Origin: Syntrophales bacterium
Lineage (GTDB): Bacteria; Desulfobacterota; Syntrophia; Syntrophales; UBA2251
NCBI GenBank assembly: GCA_035358035.1
Contig: DAOPOS010000003.1
Location: 34,513-98,512, forward strand
DNA: 64,000 nt
Direction: 5' to 3'
The notes below the pieces were generated by a model. The model was not told where the DNA came from and ran no database searches. It saw nothing but the letters and a program-made list of their open reading frames with translations. The position numbers were made by a program, and so were the translations under genes. Below, one piece after another: positions 8,916 through 17,444 of the stretch. Positions within the stretch are counted from its first letter, which is position 1, and every line of letters begins with the position of its first letter.

Positions 8916-9677
8916 TCAAAAGAACCGATGGAACATCAGAAAGTTGAAGAACGCCGCGCCGAAGAAGAGGTAGGCCACGGCGGCCAGGGACAGGAAGGGC
9001 CCGAAGGGCACGGCGTACTTCGTGTCCGCCCCCTTGGCGACCATCAGCGCGATGCCGACGGCGGCGCCGGTGAGCGAGCTGACGAGCAGGATGAAGATCA
9101 GCGATTTCCAGCCGAGGAAGGCCCCGATCATCGCCAGGAGTTTGATGTCGCCGCCCCCCATCCCCTCCCGCTTCGTGGCCAGTTCGTAGGCCACCGCGAT
9201 GGCGTAGAGGACCCCGCCTCCGAGCAGGAGCCCCAGCAGGGCCTCGAGCCAGGGGACGCGCATGGCGAAGACGGCGAGGAGAAACCCGAGGGGGATCCCC
9301 GGCAGGGAGATGACGTCGGGGATGATCTGGTGGTCGATGTCGATGAAGGTGACGGCGATGAGCGCCGCCGTGAAGGCGAAGGCGGCCAAGAAGGCCGCGC
9401 CGAGGCCGTACTTCCAGAAGAGGAGCAGGGCCAGGAGGGCGGCGAGACCCTCGACGGCCGGATAGCGCCAGGAGACGACGGCGGCGCAGGCGCGGCAGCG
9501 GCCCCTGAGGATGAGGAAGCTCAGGAGGGGAAGGTTGTCGTACCAGCGGATCGGCGTGAGGCACTGCGGGCAGCGGGAGCCCGGGCGGACGATGGACTGC
9601 TCGGCCGGCAGCCGGTAGATGCAGACGTTGAGGAAGCTCCCGACGGCGGCGCCGAAGGCGAAGATCAACATGTCCAT
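8916..9677 (-). CDS. pilD: prepilin peptidase (A24 family)
   Basis: Start at the ATG at 9677 (MDMLIFAFGAAVGSFLNVCIYRLP). Zn-finger-like CPQC...CRAC. Catalytic Asp contexts FIDIDHQIIPD and GMGGGDIKLLA. Confidence 0.9.
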   Translation of the reverse strand: MDMLIFAFGAAVGSFLNVCIYRLPAEQSIVRPGSRCPQCLTPIRWYDNLPLLSFLILRGRCRACAAVVSWRYPAVEGLAALLALLLFWKYGLGAAFLAAFAFTAALIAVTFIDIDHQIIPDVISLPGIPLGFLLAVFAMRVPWLEALLGLLLGGGVLYAIAVAYELATKREGMGGGDIKLLAMIGAFLGWKSLIFILLVSSLTGAAVGIALMVAKGADTKYAVPFGPFLSLAAVAYLFFGAAFFNFLMFHRFF

Positions 9678-9857
9678 CAAAAACCCCGTCACGCCCCCTC
9701 CTCCCTGCAGCCGATCTTCCGCGCGCTCCGCGCCGGCACACCCCGGTGTCACGCACACCCCGGTCGGGGTCCCTCCGCAGGTCCCGGGCGGGTGTAAATC
9801 CTGCGGCACCCGAATCATCCGGATTCGCGTTTCCGCGGGATCGACACGGCCCTCCCC

Positions 9858-10313
9858 TCAGCCATCCTTGCGGTCCCAGTCGTAGGGGATGTCGTTGACG
9901 TGGGGATCGACGCGGAACTCGTCCGGCTCCTCGTACCGGTAGACCTCCGTCGGCGTGTTGACGACGATGGCCTCGTCCGGCGAGACGCACTTGAACCCGT
10001 GATAAACGTAGGGCGGGATGTGAACGAGGACGGGATGGTGCTCCCCGGCAAAGAAGACGTCGATCTCGCCCCGGGTCGGCGAGTCCGCGCGGCCGTCGTA
10101 CAGGACGATCTTCATCATCCCCTTGACGACGGCCATGTTGTCGGATTGCTTCTTATGGTAGTGCCAGCCCTTGACCACGCCGGGGTAGGCCGTGGTCATG
10201 TAGACCTGGCCGAAGCCCCCGAAGAACGCGTCGTCGGCGCGCAGGATCTCCATGAGGCGCCCCCGCTCGTCGGCGATCACCTTCAGCTGCTTGACGCGCA
10301 CCCCCTCGATCAT
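9858..10313 (-). CDS. short RmlC-like cupin (dTDP-4-dehydrorhamnose 3,5-epimerase family-like)
   Basis: ATG at 10313 with GGAGGGG upstream. ...DERGRLMEILR...GQVYMTTAYPGVVKGWHYHKKQSD... is typical of short RmlC-like proteins. Confidence 0.7.
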   Translation of the reverse strand: MIEGVRVKQLKVIADERGRLMEILRADDAFFGGFGQVYMTTAYPGVVKGWHYHKKQSDNMAVVKGMMKIVLYDGRADSPTRGEIDVFFAGEHHPVLVHIPPYVYHGFKCVSPDEAIVVNTPTEVYRYEEPDEFRVDPHVNDIPYDWDRKDG

Positions 10314-10602
10314 GAAACCCCTCCGGATCCGGCCAAAGGCGCCAGGATATCTCCCGTCATCGCGTTTCTCCAATGCGGGCCTGAATGGTGATCGAACGGC
10401 CTGTCTGTATCGTATCTCGCCGCTCAGCGCAACAGGAAATGACGCGTGCACCCGCCGCCCCCCTCCCGGCCATTTTCCCATTCGAACTATCGCCGAAACC
10501 ATGGTATGAAGATCCGGGAATACCGGCACCGAAGGCGTGCCAGGAGCGTGTTTCGGAACGGGCTTCCCCGACGGGAAAAATGAAGACAACCGGGAGGCGG
10601 TC

Positions 10603-11709
10603 GTGAAAACGGACGAATTCTACATGCGGCGCGCCCTGCGCCTGGCCCGGAAGGGCGAGTGCCGGGTCAGCCCCAACCCCATGGTGGGAGCGGTCATCGT
10701 GAAGGAAGGCCGGATCATCGGCGAGGGGTTCCACGCCTGCTGCGGCGAGAACCACGCGGAGGTCAACGCGATCGAACGCGCCGTCGAGGACCCGGCCGGG
10801 TCGCAGTTTTACGTCACCCTCGAGCCCTGCTGCCATCAGGGCCGGACACCGCCCTGCGTGGAGCGCCTGATCGCCCTCCGGCCAGCGCGGGTAATCGTTG
10901 GCACGACCGACCCCAACCCGCTCGTCTCCGGCCGGGGAATCGCGGCCCTCGAGGCCCGCGGGATCGAGACAAAACTTGGCGTCCTCGCGGATGCGTGCGT
11001 TGCGCTCAACGAGCGCTTCTTCACCTTCATGCGGACCGGACGTCCCTTCGTCACCCTGAAGTTCGCCCAGACCCTGGACGGGCGGATCGCCACGCGCACC
11101 GGCCACTCCCGCTGGGTCAGCTCGCCCCCCTCCCTGCGCTTCGCCCACGAGCTCAGGAGCAGCCACGACGCGATCCTGGTTGGCGTCGGCACCGTGATCA
11201 AAGACGATCCCGAGCTCACCGTCCGTCACGTCCGGGGGCGCAATCCCCTGCGCGTGATCCTGGATTCGGCCCTGCGGGTGCCGCCGGTATCCCGGGTCCT
11301 GTCCGGCCTTGACGACGCCCGGACGCTGATCGCGACGCTCGGGGGCGCCGACCCGGAAAAGCGGCGGCAACTGGAGCGGGCGGGCGTCGAGGTCCTCACG
11401 GTCCCGCCGGACGGGGCGGGCCGCGTGAGCCTTCCGCACCTGATGGGCCGGCTCGGGGAGCGCGGGATCTCGTCGGTCCTGATCGAGGGGGGGGCCGAGG
11501 TCATCACCCGGGTGCTCGCGGCGGGGCTCGCCGACAAGCTCGTCGTCGTCGTCGCCCCGAAGATCATCGGCCGCGGGACGGAGGCGGTCGGGGACCTGGG
11601 CAAAGACCGGATGGAGCAGGCCCTGCCGCTCACCCTCCGCCGCCTGCGGCGCCGGGGGCCGGATACCCTCTTCGAGTTCACCGTTGAAAAAAATCCGCAA
11701 TCGGGATAG
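10603..11709 (+). CDS. ribD: bifunctional riboflavin-biosynthesis deaminase/reductase
   Basis: Deaminase motifs HAEVNAI and TLEPCCHQGRTPPC, with a C-terminal RibD reductase domain. Probable GTG start at 10603 (GGGAGG upstream); the ORF is open from 10537. Confidence 0.9.
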   Translation: MKTDEFYMRRALRLARKGECRVSPNPMVGAVIVKEGRIIGEGFHACCGENHAEVNAIERAVEDPAGSQFYVTLEPCCHQGRTPPCVERLIALRPARVIVGTTDPNPLVSGRGIAALEARGIETKLGVLADACVALNERFFTFMRTGRPFVTLKFAQTLDGRIATRTGHSRWVSSPPSLRFAHELRSSHDAILVGVGTVIKDDPELTVRHVRGRNPLRVILDSALRVPPVSRVLSGLDDARTLIATLGGADPEKRRQLERAGVEVLTVPPDGAGRVSLPHLMGRLGERGISSVLIEGGAEVITRVLAAGLADKLVVVVAPKIIGRGTEAVGDLGKDRMEQALPLTLRRLRRRGPDTLFEFTVEKNPQSG

Positions 11710-11764
11710 ATCATAACCGGCCGCCCGTCCGAAATTCCCGGCGGCCGGAAAGCAGGTTTCCCAC

Positions 11765-12268
11765 GTGCCCTGGTACGCCCTCCATACGCGCAGCCGCCAC
11801 GAAGACCGCGTCCATCTCGGCCTGACCCAAAAGGGGTTCAATGTCTTCCTGCCCAAGATCGAGGTGTGGAGCCGCCGCAAAGACCGCCGGAAGAAAATCA
11901 TGCTCCCCATGTTCTCCGGGTATCTCTTCATCGAACTGACGTCGCTCGACAACCAGACGAAGCTCAACGTCCTGAAGACCTTCGGCGTCGTCGCCCTGCT
12001 CGGCGCCCCCCATCACCCCGATCCGATCCCGGTCCCCGACGAGAAGATCGACGCCATCCAGCGCATCGTCGCTTCCCGCGTGGAGGTGCAGCATTTTCAG
12101 TACCCCAAGGTCGGCGAGCCGGCCCGGATCACCGACGGTCCCTTCGCCGGGATCGAGGGCGTCGTCCTCAAGACCGACTTCGAGAAGGAGGTCTTCGTCG
12201 TCTCCATCGAGCTCCTGCAGCGCTCCGTCGCCATCCGCCTCGAGGGCTTCCAGATCACCCGCCTGTAA
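11765..12268 (+). CDS. NusG-family paralog (NGN + KOW; UpxY/RfaH-like specialised antiterminator)
   Basis: GTG start. WYALHTRSRHEDRV...MLPMFSGYLFIE (NGN domain) and GEPARITDGPFAGIEGVVLK (KOW domain). Confidence 0.8.
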   Translation: MPWYALHTRSRHEDRVHLGLTQKGFNVFLPKIEVWSRRKDRRKKIMLPMFSGYLFIELTSLDNQTKLNVLKTFGVVALLGAPHHPDPIPVPDEKIDAIQRIVASRVEVQHFQYPKVGEPARITDGPFAGIEGVVLKTDFEKEVFVVSIELLQRSVAIRLEGFQITRL

Positions 12269-12597
12269 AGATCGGGCGCCTCGAAAGCGCCCTTCCCCAT
12301 CGTGGCCGAGGTCCGTCCGCCTTCCCCGCACGGGCCTGAATCCACGGGACGCCTCGGAAGGCCGGATCCCTGCCCACCCATAAAGGGCATTGGCCTGTTG
12401 AATCCAAGAGGACATTCCTGCTTTGGTAAGAACAGGATATTTCCCCCTTGGCTTGACACATCACGCTTTTCGCACTTGACTTTACGGATGAGTTGCGCGA
12501 TAAGCGCAGGCTTTAGTTGATCTTTACTGCCGCCCGTGCTATGGAATCGCCGTCGCGGCAGCGACCGTGAATGAAGGAACCGCATCGAGGAGCGACC

Positions 12598-12810
12598 GTG
12601 CCGAAGGGAAAGATCACCATTGACAAGGAGTTGTGCAAGGAGTGCCATCTGTGCGTCTTTGCATGCAAACACGCAAATATCGTCGCCGGGAAAGAATACA
12701 ACTCCAAGGGCTACCGGCCCGTCTGCTTCCAGGACGACGGCAAGTGCACGGGGTGCGCCCTGTGCGCCATCACCTGTCCGGAAATCGCCATCGAGGTCTA
12801 CCGTGAATAG
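12598..12810 (+). CDS. 2-oxoacid:ferredoxin oxidoreductase delta subunit (2x[4Fe-4S] ferredoxin)
   Basis: CKECHLCVFAC and CTGCALCAITCP. GTG at 12598 after GAGGAG; the ORF is open from 12571. Confidence 0.8.
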   Translation: MPKGKITIDKELCKECHLCVFACKHANIVAGKEYNSKGYRPVCFQDDGKCTGCALCAITCPEIAIEVYRE

Positions 12811-13864
12811 CAAGGTATTGATGCAGGGGAACAGAATCATCGGCGAGGCCGCGATCCGGGCCGGATGCCGGTTTTATGCGGGCTACCCGATCACGCCGCA
12901 GAACGAGATTCCCGAGTACATGGCGGAGAACCTCCGCAAGGTGGAGGGGGGCGTTTTCATCCAGTCGGAAAGTGAAATCGCGGCCATCAACATGGTGGCC
13001 GGCGCCGCCAGCGCGGGGGCGCGGGCCATGACCTCCTCCTCCGGTCCCGGGATCTCCCTCAAGCAGGAGGGCATCTCGTCCATGGCCGCCCAGGAGCTGC
13101 CCGGCGTCATCGTCAACATGATGCGCGGCGGACCGGGCCTGGGAAACATCCGCCCCTCCCAGGGCGACTATTTCCAGGCCACGCGGGGCGGCGGTCACGG
13201 GGACTACCGGACGATCGTGCTCGCGCCGGGGACCTGCCAGGAGCTGGCGGATCTCACGATGGACGCCTTCGATCTCGCCGACCGCTATCGCATCCCCGTG
13301 GTCCTGCTCGCCGACGGCATGATCGGCCAGATGATGGAGCCGGTGGTCTTCAAGGAACCCAAGCCGCGGCAGTACAGCGAGGATTACGTCCTGAAGGGCG
13401 CGGGCACGGGCAAGGCCAAGACCATCAAGGGCCTGATCCTCGACCCCCTCGACATGGAGGAGCACAACTGGAAGCTCGACCGGAAATACCGGGTGATCGC
13501 GGCCCGGGAAACCCGCTGCGAGATCTTCAACACGGATGAAGCCGACATCGTCATCGTGGCGTACGGCACCGCGGCGCGCGTCGCGAAGGGGGCCATCAAG
13601 CGCCTGGGCGACCACGGGATCAAGGCCGGTCTCTTCCGCCCGATCAGCCTCTGGCCGTTCCCCACCGAGGAGTTGAGGCGGCTGGCGGGCGCCCGGAAGA
13701 AATTCTTCGTCTTCGAGATGAGCACGGGGCAGATGCTGGAGGACGTCCGCCTGGCCCTGCAGGGATACGCGGACATCGACTTCCACGGGCGCCCGGGCGG
13801 CGTGGTCCCCACGCCGGTGGAACTGGCCAACGTGATCGTCCGTCACTACCGGCGCGATCGGTAA
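12803..13864 (+). CDS. 2-oxoacid:ferredoxin oxidoreductase alpha subunit
   Basis: VLMQGNRIIGEAAIRAGCRFYAGYPITPQNEI. Start at the GTG at 12803, or alternatively the ATG at 12821. Confidence 0.85.
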   Translation: MNSKVLMQGNRIIGEAAIRAGCRFYAGYPITPQNEIPEYMAENLRKVEGGVFIQSESEIAAINMVAGAASAGARAMTSSSGPGISLKQEGISSMAAQELPGVIVNMMRGGPGLGNIRPSQGDYFQATRGGGHGDYRTIVLAPGTCQELADLTMDAFDLADRYRIPVVLLADGMIGQMMEPVVFKEPKPRQYSEDYVLKGAGTGKAKTIKGLILDPLDMEEHNWKLDRKYRVIAARETRCEIFNTDEADIVIVAYGTAARVAKGAIKRLGDHGIKAGLFRPISLWPFPTEELRRLAGARKKFFVFEMSTGQMLEDVRLALQGYADIDFHGRPGGVVPTPVELANVIVRHYRRDR

Positions 13865-13890
13865 GGGAACTTCGAGAGAAAAGGACCGCA

Positions 13891-14670
13891 ATGAAAAAGG
13901 TTTTCAGCAGACCGGAATCGTTGAGAAAGAAATTCGTCTTTCACTATTGCCCGGGGTGCGGCCACAGCATCGCCCACCGGGTCATCGCCGAGATCATCGA
14001 CGAGCTGGGGGTCCGCGGCACCACCATCGGCGTGCCGCCGGCGGGCTGCGCCGTGCTCGCCTACAACTACTTCGACGTGGACATGATCGAGGCCATGCAC
14101 GGCCGGGGACCGGCCGTGGCGACGGGCATCAAGCGCGTCCGCCCGGAGTGCCTCGTCTTCTCGTACCAGGGGGACGGCGATCTCGCGGCCATCGGCATCG
14201 CGGAGACGTTCCACGCCGCCAACCGGGGCGAGAACTTCACGATCATCTTCATGAACAACGCCGTCTACGGGATGACGGGCGGCCAGATGGCCCCCACCAC
14301 CCTCCTCGACCAGAAATCGACGACCTCGCCCCCGGGGCGCAGCGCCGTCCTGGACGGCTACCCCGTCCGGATCAGCGAGATCCTGGCCCAGCTGCCCGGC
14401 ACGGCCTACATCGAGCGCTGCACGGTGAACTCGCCGGCCAATATCGTCAAGACCAAGCGCGCCATCAAGAAGGCCTTCCAGTACCAGCTCGACGGCCGGG
14501 GCTTCTCGCTGATCGAGATCCTCTCCCCCTGTCCGACGAACTGGAAGATGTCCCCCATCGACGCCTGCCGCTGGATCGACAACGTCATGAGCAAGCAGTA
14601 CCCGATCGGGGTCATCAAGGATACACCGGCGGAAGCGGCCGGAAAGGAGGGCGCGGGCCATGATCGTTAA
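13891..14670 (+). CDS. 2-oxoacid:ferredoxin oxidoreductase beta subunit (TPP-binding)
   Basis: HYCPGCGHSI...GDGDLAAIG...MNNAVYGMTGGQ. Confidence 0.9.
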   Translation: MKKVFSRPESLRKKFVFHYCPGCGHSIAHRVIAEIIDELGVRGTTIGVPPAGCAVLAYNYFDVDMIEAMHGRGPAVATGIKRVRPECLVFSYQGDGDLAAIGIAETFHAANRGENFTIIFMNNAVYGMTGGQMAPTTLLDQKSTTSPPGRSAVLDGYPVRISEILAQLPGTAYIERCTVNSPANIVKTKRAIKKAFQYQLDGRGFSLIEILSPCPTNWKMSPIDACRWIDNVMSKQYPIGVIKDTPAEAAGKEGAGHDR

Positions 14671-15199
14671 GACCATCTTTTCCGGATTCGGCGGCCAGGG
14701 CGTCCTCATGATGGGCTACAGCTTCGCCCACGGCGCCATGAGCGAGGGCTACGAGGTGACCTACCTGCCCGCCTACGGCGCGGAGGTCCGCGGCGGCACG
14801 GCCAACTGCACGGTCGCCGTGGGGGACGAGGAGATCGCCTCGCCGATCGCATCGGAGCCGGACTACCTCGTGGCCCTGAACACGCCCTCCCTGTACACGT
14901 TCCAGAACCGGATCGCCGCCGGCGGCCTCCTGTTCCTCAATTCCTCCATCATCAGCGCCCGTCCCAGCCGTCAGGACATGGAGGTCTTCGCCATTCCGGC
15001 GAGCGACATCGCCGAGGAGCTGGGAAACGCCCGGGCGTTCAACACCGTCATGATGGGGGCGTTCCTGAAACGGACGAGCCTCGTGAAGCCCGAGATCTAC
15101 CTGAAGAGTCTGGAGACCGTCATGGGGAGCAAGAAAAAGGCGGTCGTCGAGATCAACCGGAAGGCCTTTTCGGCCGGCTACGATTTTCTCAAGGCGTGA
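14660..15199 (+). CDS. 2-oxoacid:ferredoxin oxidoreductase gamma subunit
   Basis: FSGFGGQGVLMMG...YGAEVRGGTANC. It overlaps the end of the beta gene by 11 nt. Confidence 0.85.
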   Translation: MIVKTIFSGFGGQGVLMMGYSFAHGAMSEGYEVTYLPAYGAEVRGGTANCTVAVGDEEIASPIASEPDYLVALNTPSLYTFQNRIAAGGLLFLNSSIISARPSRQDMEVFAIPASDIAEELGNARAFNTVMMGAFLKRTSLVKPEIYLKSLETVMGSKKKAVVEINRKAFSAGYDFLKA

Positions 15200-15226
15200 A
15201 GTAAATTTCGAAGGAGTGGACCGCAG

Positions 15227-15655
15227 ATGCCAGTGAAACAGATTTCCGTCCTCCTGGACAACACCCCGGGCACCCTGGCCCGGCTTTCCAATATCCTGGA
15301 CAACGAGGACATCACGTACAAGGCCGTGCTGGCGGCAAGCGCCGAGCAGCAGAGCACCGTCCGGCTCGTGGTCAACGACCCGGACCGGGCGGCGGCGGTC
15401 CTGAAGAGCTTCGGCTTCAACTTCGAGGTCAGCCCCGTCCTCGCGGCGGAGGTGCCGCTGCATCCGGGCGGGATGAACGCCATCCTGAAGCACCTCTCCA
15501 AGGCGGACGTCAATATCCACTACCTCTACACGACGATCAACCGCCTGGGCCAGGAGACGATCGTCATCCTCGGGGTGGACAACCTCGACGAGGCCCGCAA
15601 GGTCCTCCAGCGCAACTGGATCCGCCTGATCGAGGACGAGATCTATTCCCTCTGA
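15227..15655 (+). CDS. ACT-domain protein
   Basis: Two ACT-like repeats (ISVLLDNTPGTLARLSNIL..., LHPGGMNAILKHLSKADVNI...). Confidence 0.65.
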   Translation: MPVKQISVLLDNTPGTLARLSNILDNEDITYKAVLAASAEQQSTVRLVVNDPDRAAAVLKSFGFNFEVSPVLAAEVPLHPGGMNAILKHLSKADVNIHYLYTTINRLGQETIVILGVDNLDEARKVLQRNWIRLIEDEIYSL

Positions 15656-15711
15656 CGGTCGGGCGGGGTCTGAAATCCCGGGGGTTTGGGCCCCGGACCC
15701 GCTTTCGTCCC

Positions 15712-16122
15712 ATGGCGATCTCACCGGACAAGGAACAGGCCCTGCGCGACCGCATGGCGCGCCTCGGCGTCACCGAAGACGAGCTGGCGGAATCCTTTAT
15801 CCGCTCCTCCGGCCCCGGGGGTCAGAACGTCAACAAGACGTCCACCTGCGTGCACCTCGTCCACAAGCCGACGGGCCTCTCCGTCAAGTGCCAGCAGGAG
15901 CGCTCCCAGGCGCAGAACCGTTTCCTCGCGCGGCGTCTGCTCCTGGACCGGATCGAACGCCTCCGGACCGGCCGGGTGGAGGCCGCGAGACAGCGCGAGG
16001 AAAAGATCCGCCGGCAGAAGCGCCGCCGCTCCCGCCGCGCCCAGGAGAAGATCCTGGAGGCCAAGCACCGCCAGTCGGAGAAAAAGGCCCTCCGCGCCAG
16101 ACCCGATCCCTCCGCCCCCTGA
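15712..16122 (+). CDS. arfB: ribosome-rescue peptidyl-tRNA hydrolase, ArfB-like (GGQ domain plus basic tail)
   Basis: IRSSGPGGQNVNKTSTCVHL followed by a K/R-rich C-terminal tail. The length of about 136 aa is typical of ArfB/YaeJ. Confidence 0.8.
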   Translation: MAISPDKEQALRDRMARLGVTEDELAESFIRSSGPGGQNVNKTSTCVHLVHKPTGLSVKCQQERSQAQNRFLARRLLLDRIERLRTGRVEAARQREEKIRRQKRRRSRRAQEKILEAKHRQSEKKALRARPDPSAP

Positions 16123-16166
16123 ATCCGGTTTTCCGCCTTCGTCTTCCCCGCGCCCGTTTTTCAGGC

Positions 16167-16203
16167 AAAAAAAAGGGGAGTTGAAGTCGTTGGCTCGCTC
16201 CCC
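16167..16203 (-). terminator. rho-independent terminator after atpE
   Basis: The minus strand reads GGGGAG, 17-nt loop, CTCCCC, then T8 (A8 at 16167-16174 on the plus strand). It sits about 30 nt after the atpE stop. Confidence 0.55.
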
Positions 16204-16231
16204 CTCCCCGATTGGATATGAATACGATGGG

Positions 16232-16606
16232 CTATCCGCCGACCACGACCTTGAGCAGCGGGTTGGCGTAAAGGACGACCAGCGCGATGACGAGCGCGTA
16301 GATCGCCAGTGATTCGATCATGGCCAGACCGACCATCATGGTCAGCAGGACCTTCCCCTGGGCCTCAGGATTCCGTCCCACGGCACTGGTGGCGCCGCTC
16401 AAGCCGTTCCCCATGCCGACGCCCGTACCGATCGTCCCCATGCCGATGGCCAGGCCGGCGGCGAGCAGACTGCAGCCGATGACGATGGCCTTGGTGTAAT
16501 CCACGACAGGCGCCGCCGCAGCCGCACCCTGGGCCGCCGCCGCCAGCGTCGCGCTCAACAACACGAACAGCATTCCGACAAACGTTCCTACGGTAACTCT
16601 CTTCAT
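16232..16606 (-). CDS. atpE: F0 ATP synthase subunit c with an N-terminal signal-like extension
   Basis: GMGTIGTGVGMGNGLSGATSAVGRNPEAQGK...GLAMIESLAIYALVIALV: a Gly-rich helix 1, the polar loop, and the ion-binding Glu. About 35-40 extra N-terminal residues. Confidence 0.85.
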   Translation of the reverse strand: MKRVTVGTFVGMLFVLLSATLAAAAQGAAAAAPVVDYTKAIVIGCSLLAAGLAIGMGTIGTGVGMGNGLSGATSAVGRNPEAQGKVLLTMMVGLAMIESLAIYALVIALVVLYANPLLKVVVGG

Positions 16607-16973
16607 TGAATGTCCTCCCCTTTTTTGGTGTGAGCCTGAACACCCCCCGACCTGCCGGTCCTTCGGCCTCGCTCACCTCCTCTCCCGGTCCTCCCTGACC
16701 GCCTGCCTTGATCGGTGGGCCGCCGGGGCGCCTGAGCTCGAAAAACTACCCAGTGTAGTTTTGCGGACAGACCTAGCGGCAAGAGAAAAAAAAGTCAAGC
16801 ATTTTTTCCCCCGGCGTCGCCCGCTCCGCATCGCTTTGGGAACGCTTGATTTTCTCGGGCATCCGTACTATGGGATCGGCAGGGCTTTCCCCACCGCACG
16901 CCTCTTCGGGACCGCATCGCGCCCCGTGCCGTGCGCGTGCCGAAACGCGGGGGAACCGGAAAGGATTCCGGCC

Positions 16974-17444
16974 GTGAAGACGGACCGGGCGGCCGGCGTC
17001 GCCGCCATCCTGCAGAAGAACATCCCCCTGGTGAAGCGCCCGTTCCGCGCCATCGGCGAGCGTCTGGGTCTCGCCGAGGCGGACGTCCTCCGGATCGTCC
17101 GGGAGCTCAAACACGAGGGGGTCATCCGGAAGGTAGGCGCCATCCTCCGGCACCAGCCGGCGGGCTACGTCCACAACGCCCTGATCCTCTGGGCCGTCCC
17201 CGACGGGCGGACGGACGAGGTCGGCCGCATCCTGGCCGGCTTTCCCGACGTCACCCACTGCTACGAGCGCCGGCCGCCCTTCGCCGGCAAATACACCCTC
17301 TTCAGCATGGTCCACATGCGGGAGAACCGGCGGTCGGAACTGCTCGACACCCTGACGCGGGCCACCGGTATCACCGACATCCAGGTCCTGACCAGCGTGG
17401 AGGAGTTCAAGAAAAGTTCGATGGAGTATTTCGATGAGCCCTGA
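16974..17444 (+). CDS. AsnC/Lrp-like protein of the siroheme decarboxylase (AhbA/AhbB, NirD/H) type
   Basis: GTG at 16974. ...ILQKNIPLVKRPFRAIGERLGLAEADVLRIVRELKHEGVIRKVGAIL...VTHCYERR..., immediately upstream of and overlapping hemL. Confidence 0.6.
   Translation: MKTDRAAGVAAILQKNIPLVKRPFRAIGERLGLAEADVLRIVRELKHEGVIRKVGAILRHQPAGYVHNALILWAVPDGRTDEVGRILAGFPDVTHCYERRPPFAGKYTLFSMVHMRENRRSELLDTLTRATGITDIQVLTSVEEFKKSSMEYFDEP

Noticed and set aside
8805-9797. A 330-aa plus-strand ORF antisense to pilD
   Set aside because: Its composition is E/G/D/R-rich and low-complexity, and it is fully antisense to a well-supported peptidase gene.
10314-10602. A possible FMN (RFN) riboswitch upstream of ribD
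   Set aside because: I could not find the conserved RFN core segments, such as GGGCGGGGxGAAATTCCCCACCGGCGG or ACCGACAGT. An Rfam scan would settle it.
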